Positions 37,379 through 47,473 of a stretch of DNA of 64,000 nt are shown in pieces (position 1 is the first letter of the stretch; each line of letters opens with the position of its first letter). The notes under the pieces are model-generated. The model had not been told where the DNA came from. It worked only from the letters and a program-made list of their open reading frames with translations, and did not search any database. The DNA is from Candidatus Bathyarchaeota archaeon (GTDB lineage: Archaea > Thermoproteota > Bathyarchaeia > 40CM-2-53-6 > JALHTG01): contig JALHTG010000042.1 of assembly GCA_022865705.1 (NCBI GenBank), positions 15,324-79,323 of the forward strand, given 5' to 3'. The translations under genes and the position numbers were made by a program.

Positions 37379-37699
37379 CTAGATAGACGCTTTTTGTGAC
37401 GGTTCTCTTCCGGGGGCTATCATGAATGCGACTATAAGCTTTCCACCACTCGTGTTTCGGATACCGTGTATGGTTCCTGGAGGAATGTAGACTGCGGTAT
37501 TTCGGTCCACTCTTGTTGTCGCTTTCTCTTTGCCCACATAGACCATGCCTTGTCCCTCTATGATATAGTAGACCTCCTCTGACTCTGGATGAATGTGCAT
37601 GTCTAATCCTTGGTCTGGATCAAAATATCCGACCACGAATCGGAGATGTTTTGTGCCGGCTGTGTCCGGAGTGAACATGACCTTAATCGGTCCGCCCAT
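37379..37699 (-). CDS. cupin domain protein
   Basis: 106 aa. Motifs: GLDMHIHPESEEVYYIIEGQG and IPPGTIHGIRN (cupin motifs 1 and 2). Confidence 0.7.
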   Translation of the reverse strand: MGGPIKVMFTPDTAGTKHLRFVVGYFDPDQGLDMHIHPESEEVYYIIEGQGMVYVGKEKATTRVDRNTAVYIPPGTIHGIRNTSGGKLIVAFMIAPGREPSQKASI

Positions 37700-37990
37700 G
37701 ATTTCCTTCGCTTCAACTTCATCAAGTTTGAGAACTTTGACAGACAGGATGTTTCACCGTCTCCATGTCGCGTCGTGAATCCACATAAGGTTTGTCTAGT
37801 CTCGATCCTCGTCATAGAAAGCGGGTTTTCAGAGCACTAGAATAGATCAGACTGAAAGTGCCTTAGACCGACCTATCCTGCGCACAATATCCATTGGTCG
37901 ATTGGGTGCAGGGGTACAATACCGGACGATAGGTGATTACAATATCACAGCTCTCTTCTGTATCGCGCACTTCTCCGGCGAATCTCCAGC

Positions 37991-39163
37991 TTAGCCCCTA
38001 AGCTTCTCTATGGGGTTATAGTCAATGTCATATCCGAAATGCTTCGGTCCGAATAGCCGGAGGCCCTTGTCTGTTCGCCACAGTCTGTCCGCCCTGAATC
38101 CTAGCACCTCGATCTCTTTTCCGATCTGAGTCTTCAAATTCGGAACCCATGCGGAGAGTCCTTCTCCAGTAGAAGCATCGACGAGAGCTATCGAGTCTGG
38201 GCATGTTGCGTATGGCTTGCGGTTGATCCATGTGACCAAGTATTCATTTTTATACCATATGTCCAAGCGTTTCCCGCGAAAGCTACCAGCCCCCTGAACG
38301 TTTAGGTCTCCCCACATGAATCCTCCTTCTTCTTTTCTGGTCCATGACTTGACTCTTCCTTTAAACAGCCGGACGCAGTCTAGTTCAGATTTCAGGATAG
38401 ATTCTACAGGACTGAGCTTCTTCTCCCTACTCGTTCTCACAACGGAGCCGAGTCTGATACAGCGTGATATGGAGTTGCGAACCACTCCCTGTTTATAGTT
38501 GGCGGCAGTGCTTGGAGCTCTGGCGACGCTGACCATGCCTCCAGATATGACTGCCATAAATCTAGCTATGTCTTCACCACGGTAGTCGTCTGCTGCTTTC
38601 TTCAGAATCATGAGATCGCCTATTGTGTTCGCCATCGTCATAGGGGAGATCGGGATGCCCGCAACGTGAGTAGTGGAGAGGGACATCTCGGGCTTGGCTC
38701 TTCCACAGGCATCAGCATCGATTGCAGGTTTTCCTTCAAGAGTCGCAAGGTACATCGAAAGAATTGTGTTCCCGGGACCTATCTCGCTCGGAACGTAGGT
38801 GTAGAAACGCTTCCCGATAAGATCCTCCAGTTCTCCTATAGCCCTTTGAGCCGAGTGAGTCTCAAGTTCAACACGGTTCTGCTTCTCCATAGCGGCCAGA
38901 TACGACTTGAGCTTGTCCTTGATCTCTTTTCCCACCCCGCCCCCTACTCCAGCAACTATGCAAAGATACGCATCGTCAGGAATCTCCATCGGGTCTATCA
39001 AGGTGAATTGCTTGCCTGAATTGTAGATTGTGTCGATTAGCTGTCGTCCCAGTTGCTCGCTTCCCCCGCCCCCGCATCCAAGTATGCCAGCGCCGACCAT
39101 AAGATCAGACATGTCCTGTTTGGTTAGGGTTCTCACTAACGTCAATCCTCGATGAGATTTCAC
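37991..39163 (-). CDS. DUF917 family protein
   Basis: 390 aa. GAGILGCGGGGS near the N-terminus is characteristic of DUF917. GTG start. Confidence 0.7.
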   Translation of the reverse strand: MKSHRGLTLVRTLTKQDMSDLMVGAGILGCGGGGSEQLGRQLIDTIYNSGKQFTLIDPMEIPDDAYLCIVAGVGGGVGKEIKDKLKSYLAAMEKQNRVELETHSAQRAIGELEDLIGKRFYTYVPSEIGPGNTILSMYLATLEGKPAIDADACGRAKPEMSLSTTHVAGIPISPMTMANTIGDLMILKKAADDYRGEDIARFMAVISGGMVSVARAPSTAANYKQGVVRNSISRCIRLGSVVRTSREKKLSPVESILKSELDCVRLFKGRVKSWTRKEEGGFMWGDLNVQGAGSFRGKRLDIWYKNEYLVTWINRKPYATCPDSIALVDASTGEGLSAWVPNLKTQIGKEIEVLGFRADRLWRTDKGLRLFGPKHFGYDIDYNPIEKLRG

Positions 39164-39303
39164 CTGGGCACGGTATTTAAGATTTCAATGACGCAAATCG
39201 GATAGGTCTCCACAAGACTTAGTTCAAGTCTGAACATCCTCTACGGGGGCGATGGGAAGCTCTTTAGTCCAATCTCGGGAAGAATGTGCTGATAAGGTGA
39301 TGA

Positions 39304-39822
39304 TTGGTGGAGGTCTTGGAAGCCATACGAACTAGGAGAAGTATTAGAAGCTTCAAGAATGATGAGATTTCTGATGAAGATGCTGTGAAGATGCTGGAGG
39401 CAGCCCGGTTGGCTCCTTCAGCAGGGAACAAGCAGCCTTGGACCTTCATCTACATAAAGGATCCACAGGTCATCAGGATGATCAAGAACTGCTCTCCAGG
39501 GTTCTACGCGGATGCCACTGCTGCCATAGTCATGGGGATCAAGAAAGAGGATGAGAAGAGGGGAACTCTTGATGTGTGCTTCGCTGCTGAGAATATACTC
39601 TTGGCGGCTCACGCCCTGGGAATAGGTGGCTGTCCCATTGTCTCATTCAACAGTGACGCCGTTCGAGAGATCATCAATGCTCCGAAGGACTGGCAGGCAA
39701 TACTTGTAGTATCTTTAGGCTATCCTGACAAGGTTCCAAGTCCGCCTCTTAAGAAGAAATTGTCCGACATCGCTTACCTAGATTTCTTTGGGAGGAAATG
39801 GGAGAGGCTGGATGTGGCCTGA
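39304..39822 (+). CDS. nitroreductase family protein
   Basis: 172 aa. Motifs: EAIRTRRSIRSF and APSAGNKQPW. TTG or GTG start. Confidence 0.8.
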   Translation: MVEVLEAIRTRRSIRSFKNDEISDEDAVKMLEAARLAPSAGNKQPWTFIYIKDPQVIRMIKNCSPGFYADATAAIVMGIKKEDEKRGTLDVCFAAENILLAAHALGIGGCPIVSFNSDAVREIINAPKDWQAILVVSLGYPDKVPSPPLKKKLSDIAYLDFFGRKWERLDVA

Positions 39823-39823
39823 G

Positions 39824-40120
39824 ATGGGTGAGAATCTGGAAGATCACTTCTTTGATCTTCTCCTGCGCACGCTTAACTACTCCATAGAGTTCGTCAACGA
39901 TACCAGCTACGCCTCTCTGAGGTTCATGGATCTTTTCACTAGTCTCCTGAAACTGCAGCCACTCATGAAGGAGATATCACGGAAAGAGTTCTACGAAACC
40001 GTCAGAGAGAAGATCAAGGACAGAGAGTTAGTTAGAGATCCAAAGGAACGATCGAGGCTTCAGACCGAACTCTCACAGATGTTCATAGAAGAGTGGAGAA
40101 GAAGAGCCTCTCAAAAATAG
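39824..40120 (+). CDS. hypothetical helical protein
   Basis: ATG 39824 lies 2 nt after the nitroreductase stop, and the track start 39788 overlaps that gene. I recognise no family. Confidence 0.4.
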   Translation: MGENLEDHFFDLLLRTLNYSIEFVNDTSYASLRFMDLFTSLLKLQPLMKEISRKEFYETVREKIKDRELVRDPKERSRLQTELSQMFIEEWRRRASQK

Positions 40121-40279
40121 TCTCAAATAATCCTCAACATCTAGAGGCAGAGAGGTTCGCTTCAAGGTCAGGTCAACCCATGAATGGGGTAGATGCCGGG
40201 GATGGCACAAAAACTCGTTTTTCGAACACAAGGCTTAATACCACATGCTCAGCAAGAGCTTACTTTCTGAGGAAATATT

Positions 40280-42085
40280 ATGAAAATCAACCTAGTGAAG
40301 ATACTAGTGGCTACGATCATAGTTTCAGTTCTTCTTGCACCGATGGCGACCCCTCCAGCAATAGCTCAACCAAGATACGGAGGCACACTCATATGGGGAA
40401 TGGGAAGCGATCCGGCTCTTCCAGGTCTTTTGGGGGCTGGCTCAGGAACCTTCCTCATGCAACAGGTAGCTCATCAGATGTTCAACACTCTCGTCGCTCA
40501 CGATTTCAATACAGGCGAATGGAGACCAGAGCTAGCCGAGAAATGGGACGTTTCCCCGGACGGTCTGACACTGAAGTTCTACCTCATAAAGAACGCGACA
40601 TGGCATGACGGGAAACCGTTCACCTCAGCAGATGTCAAGTACAGCTTTGAAAAAGTGAACCCCGTATACAACGGCTTTGCCTCGATGTTCATAAAGGCTA
40701 TGAAATCCATTGAAGCACCCGACGACTACACCTTAGTAATCAATATGAAGACACCGTGGCCGGCAATGTTCTCTCCAGTCCAAGGATTCGGCGGCGTTGG
40801 TTGGAGCATCGTTCCTAAGCACCTCTATGAAGGTGTCGACTTGGCGACAAACAAGTACAACAACGAACCTGTGGGCACAGGTCCATGGAAGTTCAAGGAG
40901 TGGGTGAGAGGAGACCACATAACCCTCGTGAAGAACGAAAAGTACTGGAAGAAAGGGATACCATACCTCGACCAGATGATCTTCAAGATAATCCCCACCG
41001 CATCAGGTCGGGAATTGGCCTTCGAAAAGGGCGAGGTGGACCTCCTATGGGCTATGACGCTAGGCTACCCTGAGGGTGTGGCGCTTGAGGACAATATCAA
41101 AGCAGGAAAAGTAACGGGAAAGAAGGTTTGGTTCTATCCTAGTCAATCAGGGTCAGTCGATGTTCTATACTTTAACCTGCAACCTACAGGTCCGGCCTTC
41201 TTCAAGGATGTCAGAGTCAGAAAGGCTATCGCCTACGCTGTGGATGTCAAGAAGATAAATGAACTCGTGTACTATAACAAAGCAACACTGCTTACAGGCC
41301 CAGTATCACCTGCGCCCGCAACTAGTTGGTACTGTGACCCGAACCTTAAACAGCCGACATATGATCCGGCAATGGCAAACAAACTCCTAGACGAGGCGGG
41401 ATACAAGAAAGGATCAGACGGGATCAGGTTCAAATTCAGAATAACAGTTGACTCTTCCGGATATCCGAACCATGTCAAAGAAGGGGAAGTCATGAGAGAC
41501 TTCCTCAAAGATGTCGGAATTGAATTGAACATTGTCACGTTGGACACTCCGGCATGGCATGATGCGGTCTTCAAACGTTGGGACTATGATACATTCGTCT
41601 TCCCAATGTCCACCGGCCCAGACCCGCTCCTCATCATACGGTACTACACTGGAAAAGGCATAGAGCCCATTTCATGGTCTAACGCAGGAGGATACAACAA
41701 CTCGAAAGTCAACGAACTCTTCTATGCATCAGAGGTCGAACCTAACAGGGCGAAAAGAGCTGATCTTGTGAAGCAGGCCACAAAGATCTTGGTGGATGAA
41801 CAGGCAGCGTTCTGGATGGTTGCGCGACCATACGTCACCGCTGTAAACCAAGACTTCTCGGATCAATACCAACCAGGAGCCTGGGAATACACAGGCGGAG
41901 TATGCTTCGCGAGAACGGAACGTGTATTCTGGCTCAAGGCACCTGCACCCACAACGACCACAACAGTTGCCCCTCCAGCGGCACCAGGAATCGATATGAA
42001 CACCGTGGCTCTGATCGTCGCGATAGTCATCATAGGCGCAGGCGTAGCCTACTGGCTGAAGAAACCAAAGAGCAAAGCAACCTAA
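40280..42085 (+). CDS. ABC transporter substrate-binding protein, family 5 (peptide/nickel), C-terminally membrane-anchored
   Basis: 601 aa. It has a signal peptide, YGGTLIWG, GTGPWKFKEW, then a Thr/Pro linker and a C-terminal TM (VALIVAIVIIGAGVAYWLKK), as in archaeal binding proteins. Confidence 0.85.
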   Translation: MKINLVKILVATIIVSVLLAPMATPPAIAQPRYGGTLIWGMGSDPALPGLLGAGSGTFLMQQVAHQMFNTLVAHDFNTGEWRPELAEKWDVSPDGLTLKFYLIKNATWHDGKPFTSADVKYSFEKVNPVYNGFASMFIKAMKSIEAPDDYTLVINMKTPWPAMFSPVQGFGGVGWSIVPKHLYEGVDLATNKYNNEPVGTGPWKFKEWVRGDHITLVKNEKYWKKGIPYLDQMIFKIIPTASGRELAFEKGEVDLLWAMTLGYPEGVALEDNIKAGKVTGKKVWFYPSQSGSVDVLYFNLQPTGPAFFKDVRVRKAIAYAVDVKKINELVYYNKATLLTGPVSPAPATSWYCDPNLKQPTYDPAMANKLLDEAGYKKGSDGIRFKFRITVDSSGYPNHVKEGEVMRDFLKDVGIELNIVTLDTPAWHDAVFKRWDYDTFVFPMSTGPDPLLIIRYYTGKGIEPISWSNAGGYNNSKVNELFYASEVEPNRAKRADLVKQATKILVDEQAAFWMVARPYVTAVNQDFSDQYQPGAWEYTGGVCFARTERVFWLKAPAPTTTTTVAPPAAPGIDMNTVALIVAIVIIGAGVAYWLKKPKSKAT

Positions 42086-42092
42086 TCCTCCC

Positions 42093-42111
42093 TTTTTTCT
42101 TTTCATCTTTT
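42093..42111 (+). terminator. oligo-T tract (archaeal-type terminator candidate)
   Basis: TTTTTTCTTTTCATCTTTT begins 8 nt after the binding-protein stop codon. The downstream gene is convergent. Confidence 0.5.
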
Positions 42112-42310
42112 CCTGATCGCTACCGATAGGTTTCAACCATAGCGGGCGCTCGCAGAGTGAAATATAGACGGAGATCCACGCGCCGACCGTCCTCTTCTGG
42201 AGATCAATAAGATCTTGTGAAGAGTTTTGCGACACGCGATACTCTGTTCGCTTATCCCCAAGTAAGGAGCAGGCGTGCTTTCTCGAGCCTACTTAGATAT
42301 TCGGTTCGAT

Positions 42311-43333
42311 TCACATTCCGAGTTGATGGCTGAGTTCAGCAAGCTTTGGCTCTACATACTTGCCTTCATTTTCAATCTGCTTTCCATCGAGCCAAACAGA
42401 TGGATTGAGCATCACACCGTCAGTATGGCCTTTGGCGGGTCTCCCTCGATAGCTACCGATCCCCATCTCAACACCGCCGAAAACTCGTTCATCTTCAAGT
42501 ATCCTACCGCTGATATTCTTGACGCCAGGGTTGAATCCATAGGAGATGTGAACAAGATCGAACATGTGTGGATCGTCAAGGCTTCGCAACCATCTCTCAA
42601 ACATCGCTGCTTGAACACCACCCTCGATTTTGACTATGCGGCTGTCCTTCACTTCCAGCCTCACAGGTTCGCGCAGAACATTGACTTCGTCAGGTGGCCA
42701 GATGCATCCGTCGAATACCACCGTGCCATTGGCTGATCCCCAGACAGGGGCGAAGCTTGCTTGGCCTCCCAAAGTGGCCCATTGACTTGAAGGCTTTGTG
42801 ATTATGTTGCCGCTGAGACGAATCATCTCCTTGTCAACTGCTACATGGAGGTCGGTTCCTGCTGGTGAGGTGACTTGAAACTTTGAAGCATTCTTTGTCA
42901 GCTCGACCAATCGCTCTCCGAGCTGGACCATTTTGACGTAGTCAACTCTTGAGACGCATCGCACCATCATGTCAACATCCATCCCTGTCAGAATAATGTA
43001 CCGAACATTCGCTCTGTTCACTGCATCCCAGAAGGCCTTTGTGTAAAGAATGTATGACGTAGCGTATTCTATGATCACATCGGCAGCACACAATGCGGCT
43101 GCAAGTGGTTTGGGCGGCTCAAGGCCTGGACGGGGACGAGTCTCATATCTGATTATTACTGGTACGCCGCCGAGGCTGTAGGCGGCTTCGGCTGTGGCTT
43201 CCATCACCCTGAGATCGTTGGTTGTATCTCCATATATGAGAACGCTTTCACCACTCTTTACGCCGAGCACGTCTCTCACGAGTTTGAGAGCGCCCAGTTT
43301 CAGCTCAAGATTCATGTATTCATTGAAGGACAT
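42311..43333 (-). CDS. aminopeptidase T/AmpS-like (M29 family) protein
   Basis: 340 aa. The overall pattern (SGESVLIYGDT, TSPAGTDL, VFDGCIW, HISYGFNPG, GHTDGV) fits the M29 / 2,5-dihydroxypyridine-dioxygenase-like fold. Confidence 0.65.
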   Translation of the reverse strand: MSFNEYMNLELKLGALKLVRDVLGVKSGESVLIYGDTTNDLRVMEATAEAAYSLGGVPVIIRYETRPRPGLEPPKPLAAALCAADVIIEYATSYILYTKAFWDAVNRANVRYIILTGMDVDMMVRCVSRVDYVKMVQLGERLVELTKNASKFQVTSPAGTDLHVAVDKEMIRLSGNIITKPSSQWATLGGQASFAPVWGSANGTVVFDGCIWPPDEVNVLREPVRLEVKDSRIVKIEGGVQAAMFERWLRSLDDPHMFDLVHISYGFNPGVKNISGRILEDERVFGGVEMGIGSYRGRPAKGHTDGVMLNPSVWLDGKQIENEGKYVEPKLAELSHQLGM

Positions 43334-43486
43334 ATGTGATCAGATTGATTGGGGCTCAAGTTGTCTTAAAAGACTTTACACCCAGTATGGACGATTCGCC
43401 GCCCAGCCTCACCATAAGTGAGAAAAGGGAGATATTGAAAGTAGAACGGAGCGAGGAAATCTGGAGGAGCGATTCTGACACCACTC

Positions 43487-44449
43487 TTGGAAGTTCTTGA
43501 TCTCAACACGCATTTTCACACTTTAAGAGGTACTGTAAGGGCTGTGGACGGAGTCAGCCTCGCTATCCAGAAAGGTGAAGCCTTAGGGCTTGTCGGCGAA
43601 TCGGGCTGCGGCAAGACGATGACAGCGTTCTCTATCATGGGGCTTGTTCCATCGCCGGGAAAGATAGTCGGAGGAGAGATCTGGTTCAGCCATGATAACA
43701 GTCGGAAGGATTTGACCAAGATACCTGAGGAAGAGATGAGAAAAGTTAGGGGTGGAAAGATTTCCATGGTCTTCCAAGATCCTATGACGTATCTTAACCC
43801 AGTGATGAGGATCTGTGATCAGATAGCTGAAGCCATAGTCTTGCATCAAGAAGTGCCTAGGAACGAAGCAAGGAGAAGAGCGATAGAGCTTCTGGAGAAG
43901 GTTCGAATACCGATCCCCTCAACCGTAGCGCAATACTACCCACATGAGCTTAGTGGAGGAATGAGACAGCGTGCACTTATCGCAACGGCGATCTCATGCA
44001 ACCCAGACCTACTAATCGCCGATGAACCCACCACCGCCCTCGACGTGACTGTGCAAGCACAGGTCTTGGAGCTGATAAAACAACTCAAGCGTGAGATGAA
44101 CATGGCATTGATGTTGATTACACATGATCTGGGAATTGTAGCTGATACTTGTGATAGAGTCTGCGTTATGTACGCGGGTCGAATCGTGGAAGAGGGAGAT
44201 GTCTACGAGATATACAGAGAACCGAGGCACCCCTACACAATAGGTCTTTTGAAGTCAACGCTCAGCATAGATGAGTTCAAAGAGACTCTGGTAACGATAG
44301 AAGGAACCGTCCCAGACCTGACCAATCTTCCGCCAGGGTGCAGGTTCCGCCCTCGATGCTCAGAGGTGACTGATCGATGCCGAGAGACCGCGCCTCCGAT
44401 GGTTGAGGTGAAGAAAGGACACAAGGTTTCCTGTTGGCTGTACGAGTGA
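43487..44449 (+). CDS. oligo/dipeptide ABC transporter ATP-binding protein (OppD/DppD type)
   Basis: 320 aa. Motifs: GESGCGKT, LSGGMRQR, LIADEPTTALD and a C-terminal PPGCRFRPRC oligopeptide-type tail. TTG is the only possible start. Confidence 0.9.
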   Translation: MEVLDLNTHFHTLRGTVRAVDGVSLAIQKGEALGLVGESGCGKTMTAFSIMGLVPSPGKIVGGEIWFSHDNSRKDLTKIPEEEMRKVRGGKISMVFQDPMTYLNPVMRICDQIAEAIVLHQEVPRNEARRRAIELLEKVRIPIPSTVAQYYPHELSGGMRQRALIATAISCNPDLLIADEPTTALDVTVQAQVLELIKQLKREMNMALMLITHDLGIVADTCDRVCVMYAGRIVEEGDVYEIYREPRHPYTIGLLKSTLSIDEFKETLVTIEGTVPDLTNLPPGCRFRPRCSEVTDRCRETAPPMVEVKKGHKVSCWLYE

Positions 44450-44450
44450 A

Positions 44451-45437
44451 TTGGAAATGGAAAAAGAACCACTCGTCAGAGTAGCGAAACTCAAGAAGCA
44501 CTTTTCGGTGAAGAAAGGCATATTGAAGAGGAAGGAACAGTTCGTCAAGGCTGTTGATGATGTAAGCTTCGAAATCAGCAAAGGAGAGAATTTAGCTTTA
44601 GTGGGTGAGAGTGGATGCGGAAAGACCACAACAGCTCGACTCATTCTCAGACTCTTGGACCCGACGTCTGGCTCAATCAGCTTCGCTGGAAAAGACCTCT
44701 TCGATCTGACTGAGGAAGAGTTGAGACTGATCCGGCCGCAGCTGCAACTGGTTTTCCAAGATCCATACGCGTCTCTTAACCCACGGAAGACCATCAAACA
44801 GATTCTTGGTAAACCTTTCAGTCTGCACACAGACCTCACAAAAGAGAAAATTGAAGATGAGGTGCTGCGTCTGCTGGAAATAGTTGGCTTAAGCCCTCCT
44901 GCACTGTTTGTGGATAGGCATCCGCATGAATTCAGCGGAGGGCAAAGACAGCGCATTTGCATTGCGAGGGCAATAGCCTTGAATCCCTCCTTGGTTGTTG
45001 CGGATGAACCTGTCTCAGCTCTGGACGTGTCTGTAAGGGCACAGATTCTGAACCTACTCAAAGACCTACAGACAAGGTTAGGGATCACATACTTGTTGAT
45101 CACACATGATCTTGCAGTTGTTAGGTCGGTGAGTAACAGGGTTGCTGTGATGTACTTGGGAAAGCTGGTTGAAGTTGGAGAAGTTTCAGAACTGTTCAAG
45201 GAGCCTCTCCACCCGTATACGGAGGCTTTGCTGTCAGCCACACCGATCCCTGATCCTGAGAAAAGCAGATCACGAGAAAAGATGATCCTGCGCGGCGACG
45301 TACCCTCACCCATCGACCCCCCTCCGGGATGCCGGTTCCACACAAGGTGCCCACTTGCAATGGAAAAGTGTAGAAAATTGGAGCCTCAACTGGCAGGAAT
45401 TAAAGGCGGACTTGTCGCCTGTCACCTTCGAGCATGA
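44451..45437 (+). CDS. oligo/dipeptide ABC transporter ATP-binding protein (OppF/DppF type)
   Basis: 328 aa. Motifs: GESGCGKTT, FSGGQRQR, VVADEPVSALD and PPGCRFHTRC. Confidence 0.9.
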   Translation: MEMEKEPLVRVAKLKKHFSVKKGILKRKEQFVKAVDDVSFEISKGENLALVGESGCGKTTTARLILRLLDPTSGSISFAGKDLFDLTEEELRLIRPQLQLVFQDPYASLNPRKTIKQILGKPFSLHTDLTKEKIEDEVLRLLEIVGLSPPALFVDRHPHEFSGGQRQRICIARAIALNPSLVVADEPVSALDVSVRAQILNLLKDLQTRLGITYLLITHDLAVVRSVSNRVAVMYLGKLVEVGEVSELFKEPLHPYTEALLSATPIPDPEKSRSREKMILRGDVPSPIDPPPGCRFHTRCPLAMEKCRKLEPQLAGIKGGLVACHLRA

Positions 45438-45567
45438 AACAATCTCACTAAGGAGCCGCGCTCTTCAGAGCAACAATTATCTAGTAGTTGTCAAGCGGCA
45501 TGTTCCTAATCGTCAGAATAGATGAAAAGATCTTTAACCTCACACTGAATCTTTCGACTGGATAGTT

Positions 45568-46539
45568 ATGGGTTCCATATTCAGACTCGTCACTAGACGA
45601 ATCATGCAAGCGATTCCGCTGATTTTCATAGTGATCACAATAAACTTCGTAATCGTCCACACTGCTCCTGGCGATCCCACGTACATACTTCTCGGCGAAG
45701 CTGCTACGAAGGAGTTTGTTGAAGCGATGAGGGCTAGGTTTGGTCTCGACAAACCTTTGTACATGCAATATCTGCTGTATGTTTCTCGGGTAGTTCAGGG
45801 AGATCTGGGCTATTCTATTCTGAGGGCTCAATCTGTGAGCTCTCTGATAATGGAGCGCCTCCCGGCTACTCTTCTTCTGATCTTCTCAGCGATGTGTATA
45901 TCGATACTGGTAGGGATTTTCCTTGGGGTGACCGCTTCTAAGAAGCCATATTCACTGAGAGACAACTTCGCAACAGGCATTGCCCTCTTCGGCGTCTCCA
46001 CACCAACCTTCTGGCTTGGTCAGATGCTTCTGATAGCTCTCGCACTCTATGCTGGCCTCTTTCCCGTTACAGGATTGAAAACTCTGAGGATAGAGTTGAT
46101 GGGGCTTGACTATGTGCTCGATGTCCTGCACCACTTGGCGTTGCCAGCAATTACGTTAGCAGCGTTTCACCTTGCGTTCATAACTAGACTGACAAGAGCA
46201 AGCATGCTTGAAGTTCTGGGTCAAGACTTCATTGTGACTGCACGCGCGAAGGGCCTAGACGATAGAGCTGTCACGTATGGACATGGGCTAAGGAATGCGC
46301 TGCTGCCTGTCACAACCTACGCCGGACTGAGCATAGGCCTACTCTTTGCCGGAGCGATCATGACTGAAAGTGTGTTTGCGTGGCCTGGCATGGGCACCCT
46401 CCTCTACGACTCACTTCGCCTAAGGGACTACCCGGTGCTGCTAGGAATCTTCATCTTCGTTTCCGTGATGGTCGTAGTATCGAATCTTGTCGTGGATATC
46501 CTCTACGGCTTCTTGGACCCGAGAATAAGAAGTGACTGA
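45568..46539 (+). CDS. oligo/dipeptide ABC transporter permease (OppB/DppB type)
   Basis: 323 aa. It has multiple TM segments and the EAA-like loop TARAKGL......YGHGLRNALLPV. Confidence 0.85.
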   Translation: MGSIFRLVTRRIMQAIPLIFIVITINFVIVHTAPGDPTYILLGEAATKEFVEAMRARFGLDKPLYMQYLLYVSRVVQGDLGYSILRAQSVSSLIMERLPATLLLIFSAMCISILVGIFLGVTASKKPYSLRDNFATGIALFGVSTPTFWLGQMLLIALALYAGLFPVTGLKTLRIELMGLDYVLDVLHHLALPAITLAAFHLAFITRLTRASMLEVLGQDFIVTARAKGLDDRAVTYGHGLRNALLPVTTYAGLSIGLLFAGAIMTESVFAWPGMGTLLYDSLRLRDYPVLLGIFIFVSVMVVVSNLVVDILYGFLDPRIRSD

Positions 46540-46542
46540 CCC

Positions 46543-47439
46543 GTGAGTCAAGGCATGTCTGTATCTTCCGAGAGGCAAGGAGAAAAAAAGGCTTTGACTG
46601 CCTCCAAAGTCGGTATGTTTTGGAGGCAATATAGCAAGAACCGCGCAGCAGTAGCTGGGCTTTTCCTCCTCGCAGCCATATGCGTAATCGCCATCGCTGC
46701 CCCGGTCATCACATGGTACCCTCCGCTCAAAAGCGCGGTGGGAAATCCTTTCGTCCCACCTACAGCGAACCACCCATTCGGCACAGATGATCTCGGCAGG
46801 GACATCTACAGCAATGTTGTTTACGGCGCAAGAACCTCGTTGGTGGTGGGTCTTCTAGCCGCCGGGATCTCAGCGCTCACAGGTATCTTTGTTGGAGCCA
46901 CTTCAGGTTACTACGGCGGGAAGATCGACGACCTTCTAATGAGGATCAGCGAGATATTTCTCGTGCTGCCTACGTTCTTGCTAGCGCTGATCATTGTAGC
47001 TGTATTCGGCACAAACATCAATAACATCATCGTCGCGATCGCAGTCGTCAGTTGGCCCAGAACAGCACGCCTGCTTAGAGCGGAATTCTTAACCTTTAAG
47101 GAGCGGGAATTCGTTGAAGCGGCACGTGTCCTCGGCTCCAGGCACATAGACATAATGTTGAGTGAGATCCTTCCGAACGCGATCTTCCCTGTCATAGTCA
47201 ACGCTTCACTTGAGGTTGCAACAGCGATTCTTACTGAAGCGGGATTAAGTTTCTTGGGGGCCGGTGATCCGAACGTACCGAGCTGGGGGTTGATGCTGAA
47301 TAATGCTCAGAGTTATCTGAGGGTGGCTTGGTGGATGGCCGCGTTCCCTGGTGCCATGCTTCTCCTTACATGCCTCTCTCTCAACCTCGTAGGCGATGGT
47401 TTGAACGACTACTTCAATCCCAGATTGAAGGAGAGGTAA
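46543..47439 (+). CDS. oligo/dipeptide ABC transporter permease (OppC/DppC type)
   Basis: 298 aa. Motifs: HPFGTDDLGRDI and EFVEAARVLGS. Confidence 0.85.
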   Translation: MSQGMSVSSERQGEKKALTASKVGMFWRQYSKNRAAVAGLFLLAAICVIAIAAPVITWYPPLKSAVGNPFVPPTANHPFGTDDLGRDIYSNVVYGARTSLVVGLLAAGISALTGIFVGATSGYYGGKIDDLLMRISEIFLVLPTFLLALIIVAVFGTNINNIIVAIAVVSWPRTARLLRAEFLTFKEREFVEAARVLGSRHIDIMLSEILPNAIFPVIVNASLEVATAILTEAGLSFLGAGDPNVPSWGLMLNNAQSYLRVAWWMAAFPGAMLLLTCLSLNLVGDGLNDYFNPRLKER

Positions 47440-47473
47440 CTCAATTCACATTTGCAGGAAGGTTAGATGCCAT

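Noticed and set aside
37700-37990. 291-bp ORF-free gap between the DUF917 and cupin genes, considered as a possible ncRNA locus.
   Set aside because: I found only short (5-bp) stems, no C/D or H/ACA box arrangement, no convincing TATA box and no similarity to RNA families I can recognise by eye. There is not enough evidence to call a feature.
40148-40155. CAGAGAGG, the core of the bacterial PyrR RNA-binding loop, upstream of the peptide-binding-protein gene.
   Set aside because: An 8-mer is expected by chance about twice in 128 kb of two-strand sequence. The flanking bases do not match the full consensus (UCCAGAGAGGYU), and the downstream gene is unrelated to pyrimidine metabolism.
40093-40608. 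171-aa ORF spanning the intergenic region and the start of the binding-protein gene.
   Set aside because: It is out of frame with, and overlaps, the well-supported SBP gene. Its composition is Ser/Arg/Gly-rich and it contains no motif.
42303-42312. T-loop-like strings GGTTCGATTC (42303-42312) and GATTCGAATCC (47781-47791), considered as possible tRNA genes.
   Set aside because: Both lie inside protein-coding genes. The flanks do not form acceptor, D or anticodon arms. I found no tRNA in the window.
44360-45343. 327-aa ORF antisense to the OppF-type ATPase gene.
   Set aside because: It is embedded in a strongly supported ABC ATPase gene. It is Ser/Arg/Cys-rich with no recognisable domain. 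It is a shadow ORF produced by the codon bias of the sense strand.
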